In this document: positions 1-9,967 of the stretch, piece after piece
Layout of the letters: each line of letters starts with the position of its first letter
Numbering within the stretch: the first letter of the stretch is position 1
The notes under the pieces: model-generated
The model's database searches: none
What the model saw: the letters and a program-made list of their open reading frames with translations, nothing else
What the model was told of the DNA's origin: nothing
Assembly: GCA_017999345.1 (NCBI GenBank)
Contig: JAGNLY010000002.1
Coordinates: 4,425-68,424 of the forward strand
From: Candidatus Woesebacteria bacterium
GTDB lineage: Bacteria; Patescibacteriota; Microgenomatia; UBA1400; PJMF01
Direction: 5' to 3'
DNA length: 64,000 nt
Program-made: the position numbers and the translations under genes

Positions 1-2
1 AT

Positions 3-227
3 ATTTCGGATAAGGGATATGGTCAAAATTTTAATCACACCACCGGGCATAGTCTTGGATTGTCAATCCATGAACAACCATCAGTTAGTTGGAGCAATAC
101 AACTGATATTATTCCCAACATAATCATCACAATCGAGCCAGGAATCTATATTTTGGGAGAATTTGGCTATCGTTATGAAAATACGGTGTTAATTACAGAA
201 CGCGGGGCTGAAGAACTTACTAACTAG
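3..227 (+). CDS. M24-family metallopeptidase (Xaa-Pro aminopeptidase-like), C-terminal fragment; 5' end outside window
   Basis: Frame open from window edge to TAG 225-227; translation ..NHTTGHSLGLSIHEQP..TIEPGIYI..YENTVLITE matches the C-terminal metal-ligand blocks (GHxxG..HE, EPG, E) of pita-bread fold peptidases. Confidence 0.7.
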   Translation: MSDKGYGQNFNHTTGHSLGLSIHEQPSVSWSNTTDIIPNIIITIEPGIYILGEFGYRYENTVLITERGAEELTN

Positions 228-261
228 GTTTGAGCCTCTACTAGGTGTTACAATAACCTTT

Positions 262-1509
262 ATGCAAGACAAAAATGTACAAACACTAAAAGGCTTTAGA
301 GATTTTTTACCACCAGAAAAAAAGGCTAGAGATTTTGTAAAAGCCAAAATTACTGAGGTTTTTGAACTTTATGGATTTGAACCAATTGAAACTCCAACGC
401 TGGAATATGCATCCTTATTGTTGGGAAAATATGGAGAAGAAGCTGATAAATTAGTCTACTCTTTCAAAGATCGTGGCGATAGAGAAATTGCGTTAAGATA
501 CGACCAAACCGTTCCAACAAGTAGAATTTTATATCAATATCAGAATGAATTACCAAAATATTTTAGAAGATATCAAATTCAAAATGTTTTTAGAGCTGAC
601 AAACCTCAAAAAGGTAGATATCGAGAATTTACTCAATGTGACTGCGATATTTTTGCCACCAAAAGTACTATCGCCGACGCAGAATTACTTGCGGTTTATT
701 ATTCAGTGTATAAATCTCTAGGCATCAACTCTATTAAATTAGTAATAAATGATCGACAAACTTTAATTGATACTCTGTCACCTTTTGCACAATCAGCTAA
801 TGTTGAAGTTTTGTCAGTTATCCAAACTATCGATAAACTTGATAAATTATCTAGCGACGAAGTTATAACTGAATTAGTAAAAAAAGGCTTTTCACAAGAA
901 GCTGCAAGCAAAACTTTATCTGCTATTAAATCTGCAAAAATGTCTGCAAACTTAGAAGAAATCGTCAAAAATACTATCGCTTTGGGCGTTGAAGAATCAG
1001 CTATTGAGTTCAGACCAACATTGGCAAGAGGTTTGGATTATTACACCGGAATGATTTTTGAAGGTGTGATTCCAGAGTACTTGGTTGGCTCTGTTGGAGG
1101 CGGTGGTAGATATGACAATCTTATTGGTCAATTAAGTGGTAAAGATATATCCGCTACTGGGTTTGCCATTGGATTTGATAGAACTGTAGAAGCTGTGCAA
1201 CAACTTAATCTGCTTCCAAAAGAGGCAACAAATAGTGCTCAAATTTTAGTAACAATTTTTGACCAAAATTCACTTGAAAAAACTCTAGGAATTGCTTCTA
1301 AACTCAGAAGTAATAATCTTAAAGTTGAAGTTTATCCAGAATTAGACAAGCTTGGCAAACAATTTAAATTAGCTAATCAAAAAAACATTCCATTTGTGAT
1401 TGTAGTTGGAGAAAGTGAAATTCAACAAAATAAAGTTCAACTTAAAAATATGCAAACTGGTGATCAAGAACTTTTGACTGTTGATGAAGTAATCAAAAAA
1501 CTTAAATAA
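262..1509 (+). CDS. hisS: histidyl-tRNA synthetase
   Basis: 415-aa ORF; class II aaRS layout with LRYDQTVP, FTQCDCD and the HisRS-typical GGGGRYDNL block, C-terminal anticodon-binding domain (IPFVIVVGESE). Confidence 0.93.
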   Translation: MQDKNVQTLKGFRDFLPPEKKARDFVKAKITEVFELYGFEPIETPTLEYASLLLGKYGEEADKLVYSFKDRGDREIALRYDQTVPTSRILYQYQNELPKYFRRYQIQNVFRADKPQKGRYREFTQCDCDIFATKSTIADAELLAVYYSVYKSLGINSIKLVINDRQTLIDTLSPFAQSANVEVLSVIQTIDKLDKLSSDEVITELVKKGFSQEAASKTLSAIKSAKMSANLEEIVKNTIALGVEESAIEFRPTLARGLDYYTGMIFEGVIPEYLVGSVGGGGRYDNLIGQLSGKDISATGFAIGFDRTVEAVQQLNLLPKEATNSAQILVTIFDQNSLEKTLGIASKLRSNNLKVEVYPELDKLGKQFKLANQKNIPFVIVVGESEIQQNKVQLKNMQTGDQELLTVDEVIKKLK

Positions 1510-1526
1510 ACAACGGAATTTGTTTG

Positions 1527-2468
1527 TTAACTAGTTTTTACCAAATCACTCAAAATTTTCTCAAACATTTTTATCAACTCTTCTTCGCCGTTGTCATTAA
1601 TGAAGTAGGAAAATCCTGGCTGAGTATTAATTTCAATTAGTTGAAAATCACCATTTTTGTCGCGAGCAATATCCAAGCCGGCATATTTCAAACTAAGTTT
1701 TTCGTAAATTGGACTAATAAATTTTTGCAAATCAGCAAGAAGATTTTCATCTTTAACTATGCGTGCGATTGCATTTTCCCAATGTAGAGGACTGAGATTG
1801 CCCACAAATTTCGCAACTTTGGTTTCACCACTCATTATTTTTTCGCCACCGGATTCGTTCGCACCACCAGGCCTGTTTTCACCACCAAGGATGTTTTCGC
1901 CCCCAACCCCTGAGGTATTATCTTTTTGATAAGCAAACATTATTTTTTGGTCATACACAACAACCCGATATTCTTCTTTAATTTCCAAATAATCCTGTGA
2001 AATTAAAACATGATCATAATTCTTTGATTCTTTGTTAAAAATATTGTTTACAGCTTCAGCCACTTCTTGCTTATTTTCGCACTTATAAACATTTATTCCC
2101 CTAGAGAGGCTATTAGCCTTAACAATTAGTGGAAACTTATGCATAGCAGCTATCTCTTCTACCACACTCACATTTGATTTAAATTTGCTAAATCCCTCAT
2201 AGATATCATCAGCATTTGGATCAACAAAACTAAAAGATTTAGGCATGCTAACGGTTTTGTTTAAAAGTAAATAAGAATAAAATTTATCTACTGATATTTT
2301 CCCCACAACTTCATCATTCAAGCCTAAATTATTGGCAATAAATAAATGAGATTTTGTTTTATCTTCATTCAAAAAAACTCTTAAAAACATTTGCGCATCA
2401 TCAATAAGCTCATAGCTCAAATTAAGATTGTCACAAGCCCTTTTTATAATTGAAGTTGTTCTGCTCAT
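1527..2468 (-). CDS. ATP-grasp domain protein (RimK/glutathione-synthetase-like ligase) with Gly-rich insert
   Basis: 313 aa; FPLIVKANSLSRGINV, EYRVVVYD and C-terminal LIEINTQPGF are typical ATP-grasp strands; substrate unknown. Confidence 0.55.
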   Translation of the reverse strand: MSRTTSIIKRACDNLNLSYELIDDAQMFLRVFLNEDKTKSHLFIANNLGLNDEVVGKISVDKFYSYLLLNKTVSMPKSFSFVDPNADDIYEGFSKFKSNVSVVEEIAAMHKFPLIVKANSLSRGINVYKCENKQEVAEAVNNIFNKESKNYDHVLISQDYLEIKEEYRVVVYDQKIMFAYQKDNTSGVGGENILGGENRPGGANESGGEKIMSGETKVAKFVGNLSPLHWENAIARIVKDENLLADLQKFISPIYEKLSLKYAGLDIARDKNGDFQLIEINTQPGFSYFINDNGEEELIKMFEKILSDLVKTS

Positions 2469-2503
2469 ATAATTTTTATGCTAAGCTTATTCTATTGAAA
2501 AAA

Positions 2504-3445
2504 ATGAACAAAAATAAGCGCGAAAGAATTTCATCTTTTATTTATCTAGCTATTAATACAGTTGTTTGGGGAGCTGCGTTTATAACTGTTAAACCCGCTC
2601 TTTCAGTAACTACCCCATACAGGTACTTATTATACAGGTTCATATTCGCCGCTCTGCTCTCCTTACCAATTCTTATTCATTACTGGAAAAAGATAAAAAA
2701 TAAAAAAGAGATTATTAAAAAAATAGTTTCATTAGAACTGCTGGGCACCACTCTTTCACTTGGCTTACTTTATCTTGGGCTAGCTAAAACAAGTGCTATC
2801 GAAACCGGTTTTATCACAACTACCACCCCAATTTTCGTTGTGGTTGCCGGCATTTTGTATTTAAAAGAGAAACAAGAAAAACATGAATGGCTTGGCTTAA
2901 TTTTAGCTTTTATTGGCACCGCTCTACTAACGGCCATACCAATAATCATAAATGGCAGTTCAATAGATGGACTTTCATTAGATGGCAATTTATTAATTGT
3001 GGCACAAAATATTGTGATTGCTATTTACTTTGTGTTAGCTAAAAAGCATTATAAAAAAATTCCAAAATTATTTGTTGCAGCAATTAGTTTTTATGTAGGA
3101 GTTGTTACTTTTCTACTATTAAGTTTATCAGAATTACAATTTTCCTTAGCACAATTGGCAAATGTAATCGTTACAGATTTTTCCAGTTCTTCTGTCTGGA
3201 TTGCTGTTTTATACATGTCAATTTTTGGCTCAATTATTGGTTTAACCACATACATCAAAGGTCAGGATGGCATTGAAGCATCAGAAGCAAGTCTTTTCAC
3301 CTATCTTCAGCCACTGATTTACGTTCCTCTAGGAATGATTTTTCTAAAAGAAGAAATTCACTATCTTCAAATCTTGTCTCTAATAATAATCTTTTTAGGC
3401 GTGTATCTTGCAGAAAGAAAACCTAAGCCACTAAAAAGTAGGTAG
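2504..3445 (+). CDS. EamA/DMT-family transporter
   Basis: About ten hydrophobic helices in two EamA-like halves; ATG at 2504 (MNKNKRER) preferred over track start 2450, which overlaps the divergent gene. Confidence 0.8.
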   Translation: MNKNKRERISSFIYLAINTVVWGAAFITVKPALSVTTPYRYLLYRFIFAALLSLPILIHYWKKIKNKKEIIKKIVSLELLGTTLSLGLLYLGLAKTSAIETGFITTTTPIFVVVAGILYLKEKQEKHEWLGLILAFIGTALLTAIPIIINGSSIDGLSLDGNLLIVAQNIVIAIYFVLAKKHYKKIPKLFVAAISFYVGVVTFLLLSLSELQFSLAQLANVIVTDFSSSSVWIAVLYMSIFGSIIGLTTYIKGQDGIEASEASLFTYLQPLIYVPLGMIFLKEEIHYLQILSLIIIFLGVYLAERKPKPLKSR

Positions 3446-3483
3446 CTCCAGAAAATTCTTTAGTAAAAAAAATAATAAGTTAG

Positions 3484-5340
3484 CTACTTAACAGTAACGC
3501 TTTTTGCTAAATTCCTAGGTTTATCAACATCATAGCTATTCTCCATTGCAATATAGCAAGTTAAAAGTTGAGATGGAATAATACTTGAAATGAAGGAAAA
3601 ATCATCTGTATCAGGAATTTGAATCCATTCATCGTAAAGTGAATTATTAAGTTTTGAAATAGCAATTATTCTTCCTCCCCTTGCCTTTACTTCAGTAATT
3701 GCGTTAAGCATATTTTTTTTGTTTTCATCTTCAGCAACCAAGCACATTACTGGAGTACCCTTGGTAACTAAAGCAATCACGCCATGCTTGAGTTCACCAC
3801 CAGAAAATCCTTCTGCATGAATATATGAAATTTCCTTTAATTTGAGAGCGCTTTCCAAAGTTGCATAATATAAATCACCTCGTCCTAATAAAAATAATTG
3901 ACTAGTATTAACTAATTTTTTAGCAATTTTTTTAATTTTTCTTTGAATAAGATTATCTCCAAACCATTCTGATAATTTATGTTCAAATTCATTAATTTTG
4001 ATTTCTATATCATTAAATTTTGATCCGGATAAAATTTCAGAAATAATCATTCCCCAAAGCACTTGACCCGAAAATGTCTTCGTACTAGCAACTGCTTGTT
4101 CAGGACCAACTTTTAACATAAATGTAAGATCTGACATTTGAGATAATGAACTTGCCGGCATATTTACCACACTAATAATTTTCATTTTGTTTTTTTTCAT
4201 TTGCTCAACAATTTCATTTGTATCTGCCGTCTCCCCGCTTTGACTAAACACTATGCCCACAGAATTTTTATCAAAGAAATCCTGATAAGAATCAGCTTCA
4301 TAGGCAGCAATAGTTGAGGCATAAATACCACTTTTTCTGAGCAAATACGCAGTATTTCCTGCAGCAAAGCTAGCAGAACCACTTCCGAGCGTAAAAACTT
4401 TATTTGATTCTTTAATCATCTTAGTAGCTAGCAAATAATCTTTGTTTGAATCTTTTATCACATTAGAAAGCATTGTTGCCTGTTCATGGATTTCCTTGAG
4501 CATAAAACTACTAAAATCATTTTTATTCATGTTCTGAATACTATTTTTCAGTGACTCTTCGTCTTTTATATGCTTAAAATTCACATCTACTGATTTTTGG
4601 GTTTTGACATCCATAAGACTAAATATACCATTTTGCGAATTAAAAATGGCCAACTGACCAGATTCAATAATTAAATAGCTCTCAATTAATCCAAACAATG
4701 AAATAATATCTGAGGAAAAATAAAACTCGCCCATTGAATTTTTGCCCACAACGAGTGGTGAACCATTTCTTATTGCCATTATTCGACCATCGTTGGTAAT
4801 GCATGCGATAGTATTTCTGCCCAATAGTCTGTTAAAAACTTTTATAAACGAATTTTCATCTAGAGTTTGAATTTCTCCCATCTCTTTTTCTAACAAACCT
4901 ACGATTACCTCGGTATCTGTTTCAGAAATAAAATCATATCCCGTTTTTTCAAGTTCTTGCTTTAGCTCCTGATAGTTATCAACTACCCCATTTTGCACCA
5001 GTGCAAAACATTCATTAGTGGCTAAGTGTGGATGGGCGTTGATTTTTGTTACACCACCATGAGTTGCCCACCTAGTGTGTCCCAAGGCTAAATTTGAGAC
5101 CAAATTTTCGAATTTCCTAGCATCACTAAGTTTTCCCGTTTCTTTTTGAACTTTTATTGCGAAGTTTGGTTTTTGACTATTATTGTTATCTTTTGATGAA
5201 GATTTAGAAAAAGTTGAAAAATTTTGTTCAACCAAAGTTGCAATTCCCCAAGAATCATAACCTCTATACTCAATTTTCTTTAAACCATCAAAAACTTTTT
5301 TATTAGCATCTGCACTAAAACTTGCATAAATTCCACACAT
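3484..5340 (-). CDS. glmS: glutamine--fructose-6-phosphate aminotransferase
   Basis: 618 aa; N-terminal MCGI (Ntn nucleophile Cys), GHTRWATHG, two SIS domains, C-terminal ..KSVTVK. Confidence 0.95.
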   Translation of the reverse strand: MCGIYASFSADANKKVFDGLKKIEYRGYDSWGIATLVEQNFSTFSKSSSKDNNNSQKPNFAIKVQKETGKLSDARKFENLVSNLALGHTRWATHGGVTKINAHPHLATNECFALVQNGVVDNYQELKQELEKTGYDFISETDTEVIVGLLEKEMGEIQTLDENSFIKVFNRLLGRNTIACITNDGRIMAIRNGSPLVVGKNSMGEFYFSSDIISLFGLIESYLIIESGQLAIFNSQNGIFSLMDVKTQKSVDVNFKHIKDEESLKNSIQNMNKNDFSSFMLKEIHEQATMLSNVIKDSNKDYLLATKMIKESNKVFTLGSGSASFAAGNTAYLLRKSGIYASTIAAYEADSYQDFFDKNSVGIVFSQSGETADTNEIVEQMKKNKMKIISVVNMPASSLSQMSDLTFMLKVGPEQAVASTKTFSGQVLWGMIISEILSGSKFNDIEIKINEFEHKLSEWFGDNLIQRKIKKIAKKLVNTSQLFLLGRGDLYYATLESALKLKEISYIHAEGFSGGELKHGVIALVTKGTPVMCLVAEDENKKNMLNAITEVKARGGRIIAISKLNNSLYDEWIQIPDTDDFSFISSIIPSQLLTCYIAMENSYDVDKPRNLAKSVTVK

Positions 5341-5960
5341 AATTATCCTTTTTGTGTACTAAAAATTATAAAATTGAAAAAATCGGCAAAACCAACAAAA
5401 TGATTGGTTTACCGCTTGATATCACTATTCACTCTATTAAAAATGTTTCCATTTCTTTTTTATAAATAGTGTTGATTGGACTATCAAAATGCCCAGGAGG
5501 TCTCCGTAGATTCTCGAGATTACGTGAATAATTTAGCAAATATACTTCATTATTCGGCAAAACTCGGTTCGATCGCTTTTACTTTTTCCAGTTTTAAAAA
5601 TTGATTCAATTATTTTTGAGTCTTATTTTTCTTATTCTGTAAAAAAACTAAAGCATCCTCCTTCCTCGTATCCCTTTTGTAAAATTATTTTTTTGTTTCT
5701 ATCAAAATTTGCGATTATTCGCACTCGCAGTAAATTAAAAATAGTTATTACAAATTAGGGCCACACGCTCAGATTTTTATTATATATTTAGTCCTTTCAT
5801 TTAAAATACTTATTTAATCCTACATTTGTCTTAAGCAAAAAACAAGTTTTATTGATCTTTTTCCTCTGTATCAAAAACTAATTTGTGATACAATATCAAT
5901 CTTATACGCAAAGGTATTTTTTATACCTGCTGCGTTTTATGAAAACACAGGGTCTAAAAT

Positions 5961-6308
5961 ATGAAAAAAGGTATTCATCCAAACTGGACAAATCAAGCTC
6001 AAGTTACTTGTAGTTGTGGCGCACAATTCACTATTGGTTCAACTCTAGATACATTAAAAGTAGATATTTGTAGCAAATGCCACCCTTTCTTTACAGGAGA
6101 AATGAAATTTGTTGACAGACAAGGTCGTGTCGATAAATTTATGAAAAAGATGCAAGTTGCTCAAACAATTCAATCAAAGAAATCAACCAAAAAATCTGCT
6201 AAAACAGAATCTGCTGAAGAATCAAAAACATACAAAGATGTTTTACTTCAACAACAAAATGTCCTCAAGCAAGTTGCTAAAACAAGAAAAGCACCAGCAG
6301 AAGCATAA
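5961..6308 (+). CDS. rpmE: 50S ribosomal protein L31 (zinc-ribbon type) with long C-terminal tail
   Basis: [23 protein letters not shown] is the L31 signature; about 45 extra Lys/Ala/Gln-rich residues at the C-terminus. Confidence 0.9.
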   Translation: MKKGIHPNWTNQAQVTCSCGAQFTIGSTLDTLKVDICSKCHPFFTGEMKFVDRQGRVDKFMKKMQVAQTIQSKKSTKKSAKTESAEESKTYKDVLLQQQNVLKQVAKTRKAPAEA

Positions 6309-6408
6309 CTACTTTTCCTAGTCGTTTTCTTTGTATCTCACCTCATGGTCGGTTATAATTGAAAATAAATAAACTTGCGCGAAGCAAAAGCTGAGCGCAA
6401 TCTTTCAT

Positions 6409-7362
6409 ATGACAAACCCTTACCAAATCCAAATTAGCGAACTTGAAGAAAAGATTTCTGAATCTACAAAGTTATTAAACGATCCAGAAATGAAGGATCT
6501 TGCGGAAATGGAGATTGATAGTCTTAAATCACAAAAGCAACAACTTGAAGATGCAGCACTTCAATATGAACAAGGTCAAGAGGCTTCAGAAGAGTTTTCA
6601 GAAGAAAAAGTGAATTGTATTATTGAATTCAGACCTGGCGCTGGTGGTGATGAAGCAAAAATTTGGGCAAATAATGTGATGAGAATGTACATTAGATTTT
6701 GCGAAATTATAAACCTTAAAATTGAATATATTGATGAGTTGGTAATCAAAATTTTAGGCAAAACCAGATCTATGGAAGAACTCCATCCAGATGGCAAAAA
6801 CTACATCACTGCCTACGAATTATTCAAATATGAATCTGGAGTACATCGTGTCCAAAGAGTTCCAGAAACTGAGGCTCAAGGAAGAATTCACACCTCTACA
6901 TGTTCAGTGGCTGTTTTGCCAGAGATAAACTCAAAAGAAGTCGAGATTAAAACCGAAGATATCGAGTGGCAATTCATTAGAGCCAGCGGAGCTGGTGGTC
7001 AAAGTGTTAACAAAACTAGTAGTGCTGCTCGCTTGTTTCATAAGCCAACAAAAATCATGATCGTTTCTAAACAAGAAAAAAAACAAGAACAAAATCGAAA
7101 AATTGCACTAGAATTACTTAGATCGCAACTTTGGGAAATCCAAGAAGAAGAAAGACTCAAGGAAATTGGTGTCGCCCGTTCTGCAATTGGTCGAGCTCAA
7201 CGTGCTGAAAAAATTAGAACTTACAACTATCCGCAAAATCGTATTACCGACCATAGGTCAAAACAATCTTGGCATAATTTACCACTGGTTTTGGACGGTG
7301 ACTTGAATAAGCTATTTATTGAGCTTCACCCTGCTCTTGATCAGATGTATGCTCTGGAATAA
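6409..7362 (+). CDS. prfA: peptide chain release factor 1
   Basis: SGAGGQSVNKT (GGQ motif) and VQRVPETEAQGRIHTS (RF1-type P-x-T tripeptide region); 317 aa, N-terminal domain shorter than usual. Confidence 0.9.
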   Translation: MTNPYQIQISELEEKISESTKLLNDPEMKDLAEMEIDSLKSQKQQLEDAALQYEQGQEASEEFSEEKVNCIIEFRPGAGGDEAKIWANNVMRMYIRFCEIINLKIEYIDELVIKILGKTRSMEELHPDGKNYITAYELFKYESGVHRVQRVPETEAQGRIHTSTCSVAVLPEINSKEVEIKTEDIEWQFIRASGAGGQSVNKTSSAARLFHKPTKIMIVSKQEKKQEQNRKIALELLRSQLWEIQEEERLKEIGVARSAIGRAQRAEKIRTYNYPQNRITDHRSKQSWHNLPLVLDGDLNKLFIELHPALDQMYALE

Positions 7363-7380
7363 TGGCATAAAATCTTGATC

Positions 7381-8643
7381 TTAAATTTCCTCAATTGCCC
7401 TAAGCAACTGCTCATCTTCTGGAGTATCTGGATTTGCTTCAACTTCTATATCAACTGGAATTCCTGTTTCATGGATCCACTCCCCACCTGGAAGCAACCA
7501 CTTGGCAACAGTTACGTGTAAACCACCACCATTTGAGAGACCAATTCTGTCTTGAACAGTACCCTTGCCGAAACTATTTTCACCAATCAGCTTGGCTCCA
7601 AGTCTATCTCTAACAGCACCAGCTACGATTTCTGATGCGGAAGCACTACCTCGATTAATCAAGACTTCTAGCTCCATATCCTTAAGTCTGGCTTGTCCTC
7701 TTGCAGAGTAGTCTTGCTTGGTCAAACGATCTTGCTGACTAACCACTACGCCATCTTCAATAAACTCACTAGACATATCAATTGCTACATCAAAAAATCC
7801 ACCAGGATTATTTCTGACATCAAGAATTACTCCATTTAAAGAATCTTTTTGGGCTAATATTTCGTTAACTACTAAATCCCATTCAGCGTCAGTTCGCTCT
7901 CCAAATCTAGATAGTTTAATGTGAGCTACTTTTTTGCCAGCGTGTTCAACAAACTCCATTGTTACAGACTCAACAATTATCTCTCCACGCTTGATAGTGA
8001 TATCAAAAGGCTCATCAACCCCTTCTCTCACCAACGATAATGTCACTTCGGTATCTTTTGGACCACGAATAATATCTACAGCCTTAGTTAAAGACCACTT
8101 AGAGCTATCTTCATCTAGATCTTTTGCGATGTCCTTTACTCTAACTATATAATCACCTGCTTCTACCCCAGCCAAAGCTGCTGGACTGCCATTTAATGGC
8201 GAGACTGCCGCTAGGAAACCATTGATATAACCCAGCTCTATACCCACGCCATAAAAAGATCCTGCTAAATCTTGACCACTTCTTTCGTTTTCTTTTGGTG
8301 GTAAATACATAGTATATGGATCACCCAATGCAGAAGTCATACCTCCTATTGCGCCATCAACCATTTTACCGGCATCAATTTTTTCTTGATCAATATATCC
8401 TGACTCAAGAATAGACCAAACTTCCCAAAAAGTACTAAAATCAACATTTTCTTTGCCTTCAGGCACAGCTGCTTCTTTGATTCTTGAAAGTTGAGATTGA
8501 ATATTTTTATTGTCGGATGCTGCGTTGAGTTTGGAATATCTGTCCAAATATTGAGTTTTATGTTCGGCATAAGCTCCTACGAAAAGTATTAGCAAAACTG
8601 CAAATACATTTCCTACATAACTGAGCTTAATTTTTTTAATCAT
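7381..8643 (-). CDS. carboxyl-terminal processing protease (peptidase S41) with PDZ domain
   Basis: N-terminal membrane anchor, PDZ-like GVEAGDYIVRV, S41 blocks VILDVRNNPGG and NRGSASASEI. Confidence 0.85.
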   Translation of the reverse strand: MIKKIKLSYVGNVFAVLLILFVGAYAEHKTQYLDRYSKLNAASDNKNIQSQLSRIKEAAVPEGKENVDFSTFWEVWSILESGYIDQEKIDAGKMVDGAIGGMTSALGDPYTMYLPPKENERSGQDLAGSFYGVGIELGYINGFLAAVSPLNGSPAALAGVEAGDYIVRVKDIAKDLDEDSSKWSLTKAVDIIRGPKDTEVTLSLVREGVDEPFDITIKRGEIIVESVTMEFVEHAGKKVAHIKLSRFGERTDAEWDLVVNEILAQKDSLNGVILDVRNNPGGFFDVAIDMSSEFIEDGVVVSQQDRLTKQDYSARGQARLKDMELEVLINRGSASASEIVAGAVRDRLGAKLIGENSFGKGTVQDRIGLSNGGGLHVTVAKWLLPGGEWIHETGIPVDIEVEANPDTPEDEQLLRAIEEI

Positions 8644-8704
8644 AGATGGTCTATTCTACTTAATCTCGATAGTTATTTAAACCACTAGAAATGGTTATAA
8701 AAAA

Positions 8705-8769
8705 ACAAAGTATTTGTGTAAACTCGCCTATAAGCTTGTCTTATCGAGCGAATATTACAAATACTTTGT
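8705..8769 (-). terminator. long hairpin downstream of rpsR
   Basis: 13-nt perfect inverted repeat acaaagtatttgt (8705-8717) / acaaatactttgt (8757-8769) with inner ctcg/cgag stem; on the minus strand followed by a T-run. Confidence 0.5.
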
Positions 8770-8794
8770 TTTTATTATTTACTTTAATAATTGA

Positions 8795-9019
8795 TTAAAG
8801 AACTTGAGTAAATGGCAATAAAGCCAAATGTCTTGCTCTTTTAACAGCGGTAGCCAGACTTCTTTGTTGTTTTTGAGTTAGTCCACTCTCTTCTCTTGAG
8901 AGAATTGAGCCTTGCTCATTAACAAATCTAAACAAAACATCAACTTTCTTGTATGAGAAAGTAACGCTTTTACTGACCTTCATTGCACGCTTAAAGCGTT
9001 TTATTTTTTTTCTTTTCAT
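8795..9019 (-). CDS. rpsR: 30S ribosomal protein S18
   Basis: 74 aa; ..LTQKQQRSLATAVKRARHLALLPF typical S18 C-terminal half; last gene of rpsF-ssb-rpsR. Confidence 0.9.
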   Translation of the reverse strand: MKRKKIKRFKRAMKVSKSVTFSYKKVDVLFRFVNEQGSILSREESGLTQKQQRSLATAVKRARHLALLPFTQVL

Positions 9020-9041
9020 ATTGTCTCTTTTCTAGTTAAAA

Positions 9042-9512
9042 CTAAAATGGAACATCATCAGATACATCTTCAGCTGTTGGCATATCATCATCAGCAGGCA
9101 TTTCTTCCTTTGGTGCTGATTTTTTGCTTCCTGAATCAAAACTTCCTTCAGAAGCTTCGGTTGGTGATCCAGATGCTGAACGTAAAAGAATCATGTTATC
9201 TATTACTATTTCTGTGGTTTTTCTCTCGGCTCCGTCTTCACCTTTCCAGTCTCTTGTTTGCAATCTACCTTCAACGTAGATTTTGTCTCCCTTGTGAAGG
9301 AGTTGACCACAAATATCTGCAAGTTTTGACCATGCAACTATGTTGTGAAACTCAACTCTTTCTTGTTTATCACCGCCATCACTTGGTGCCCAAGATCTGT
9401 TGGTAGCAATGCCAAAAGAACAAACTGCTGTATTACTTGGTGTGTAACGTAAATTAGGATCTCTAGTTAAGTTACCTATTAACATAACTTTGTTTAATGA
9501 TCTAACCGACAT
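9042..9512 (-). CDS. ssb: single-stranded DNA-binding protein
   Basis: OB-fold N-terminus NKVMLIGNLTRDP..RVEFHNIVAW, disordered tail ending DDVPF; purine-rich SD before ATG 9512 (track start 9533 less likely). Confidence 0.9.
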   Translation of the reverse strand: MSVRSLNKVMLIGNLTRDPNLRYTPSNTAVCSFGIATNRSWAPSDGGDKQERVEFHNIVAWSKLADICGQLLHKGDKIYVEGRLQTRDWKGEDGAERKTTEIVIDNMILLRSASGSPTEASEGSFDSGSKKSAPKEEMPADDDMPTAEDVSDDVPF

Positions 9513-9607
9513 ACTCTTCCTTTCTTCTCCCATACAAAACTGTTGGGACTGATACTAAACACATATTATATTTACAATTCTTACATAAACTGTAAATTAA
9601 GCAACCT

Positions 9608-9967
9608 TTATTCAACTCTTAAATCCTCGACACTTGAAGTTTCTTTTTCAGCTAATACTATTAGATGTCTGATAACTTCTTGAATCAAGTATAGACCTTT
9701 TTCAAACTTACCAATTTTAAGAGAATCTCCTTCAAGAACCATATGAGTATAAAAACCCTCATAATTCTTTTTGCTCTTAAACTTAATTGGATAAGCTAAA
9801 TCTTTCTTTCCCCAATCTTCTTGAGAAAGAAGTTTAATACTGTGTTTTTTTAGAAGCTTCAATACTGCTTCGTTTATTGTTGAGACTTCACTTGATGAAA
9901 GTGAACCAGGCACTAAATAAGTCAATTCATATTGACGAATTTTAGGTGATGCCAAAATTTCCATCAT
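9608..9967 (-). CDS. rpsF: 30S ribosomal protein S6
   Basis: RQYELTYLV.. S6 N-terminus; AAAGGAG 6 nt upstream of ATG 9967; track start 10042 adds an unlikely 25-aa extension. Confidence 0.85.
   Translation of the reverse strand: MMEILASPKIRQYELTYLVPGSLSSSEVSTINEAVLKLLKKHSIKLLSQEDWGKKDLAYPIKFKSKKNYEGFYTHMVLEGDSLKIGKFEKGLYLIQEVIRHLIVLAEKETSSVEDLRVE

Noticed and set aside
699-968. Track ORFs of 60-170 aa lying antisense or out of frame inside longer, well-supported genes. Examples: 699-968, 2770-2988, 6576-6797, 7934-8152, 9047-9406, 11416-11643, 14409-15099, 21982-22326, 24266-24664, 25125-26553, 35340-35756, 45210-45419, 60812-61315, 62625-63271.
   Set aside because: Each is fully embedded in a gene with clear family motifs. 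They have no SD or promoter context, and their biased composition is typical of shadow frames in AT-rich DNA.
2450-2503. ORF-track start (2450) of the first EamA transporter and similar upstream-extended starts (9533, 10042, 17166, 37349, 43613, 51952, 52499, 52718, 60276)
   Set aside because: The extensions overlap neighbouring genes, promoters or terminator stems and lack an SD. Internal ATGs with an SD or a -10 box, and with family-typical N-termini, were preferred.
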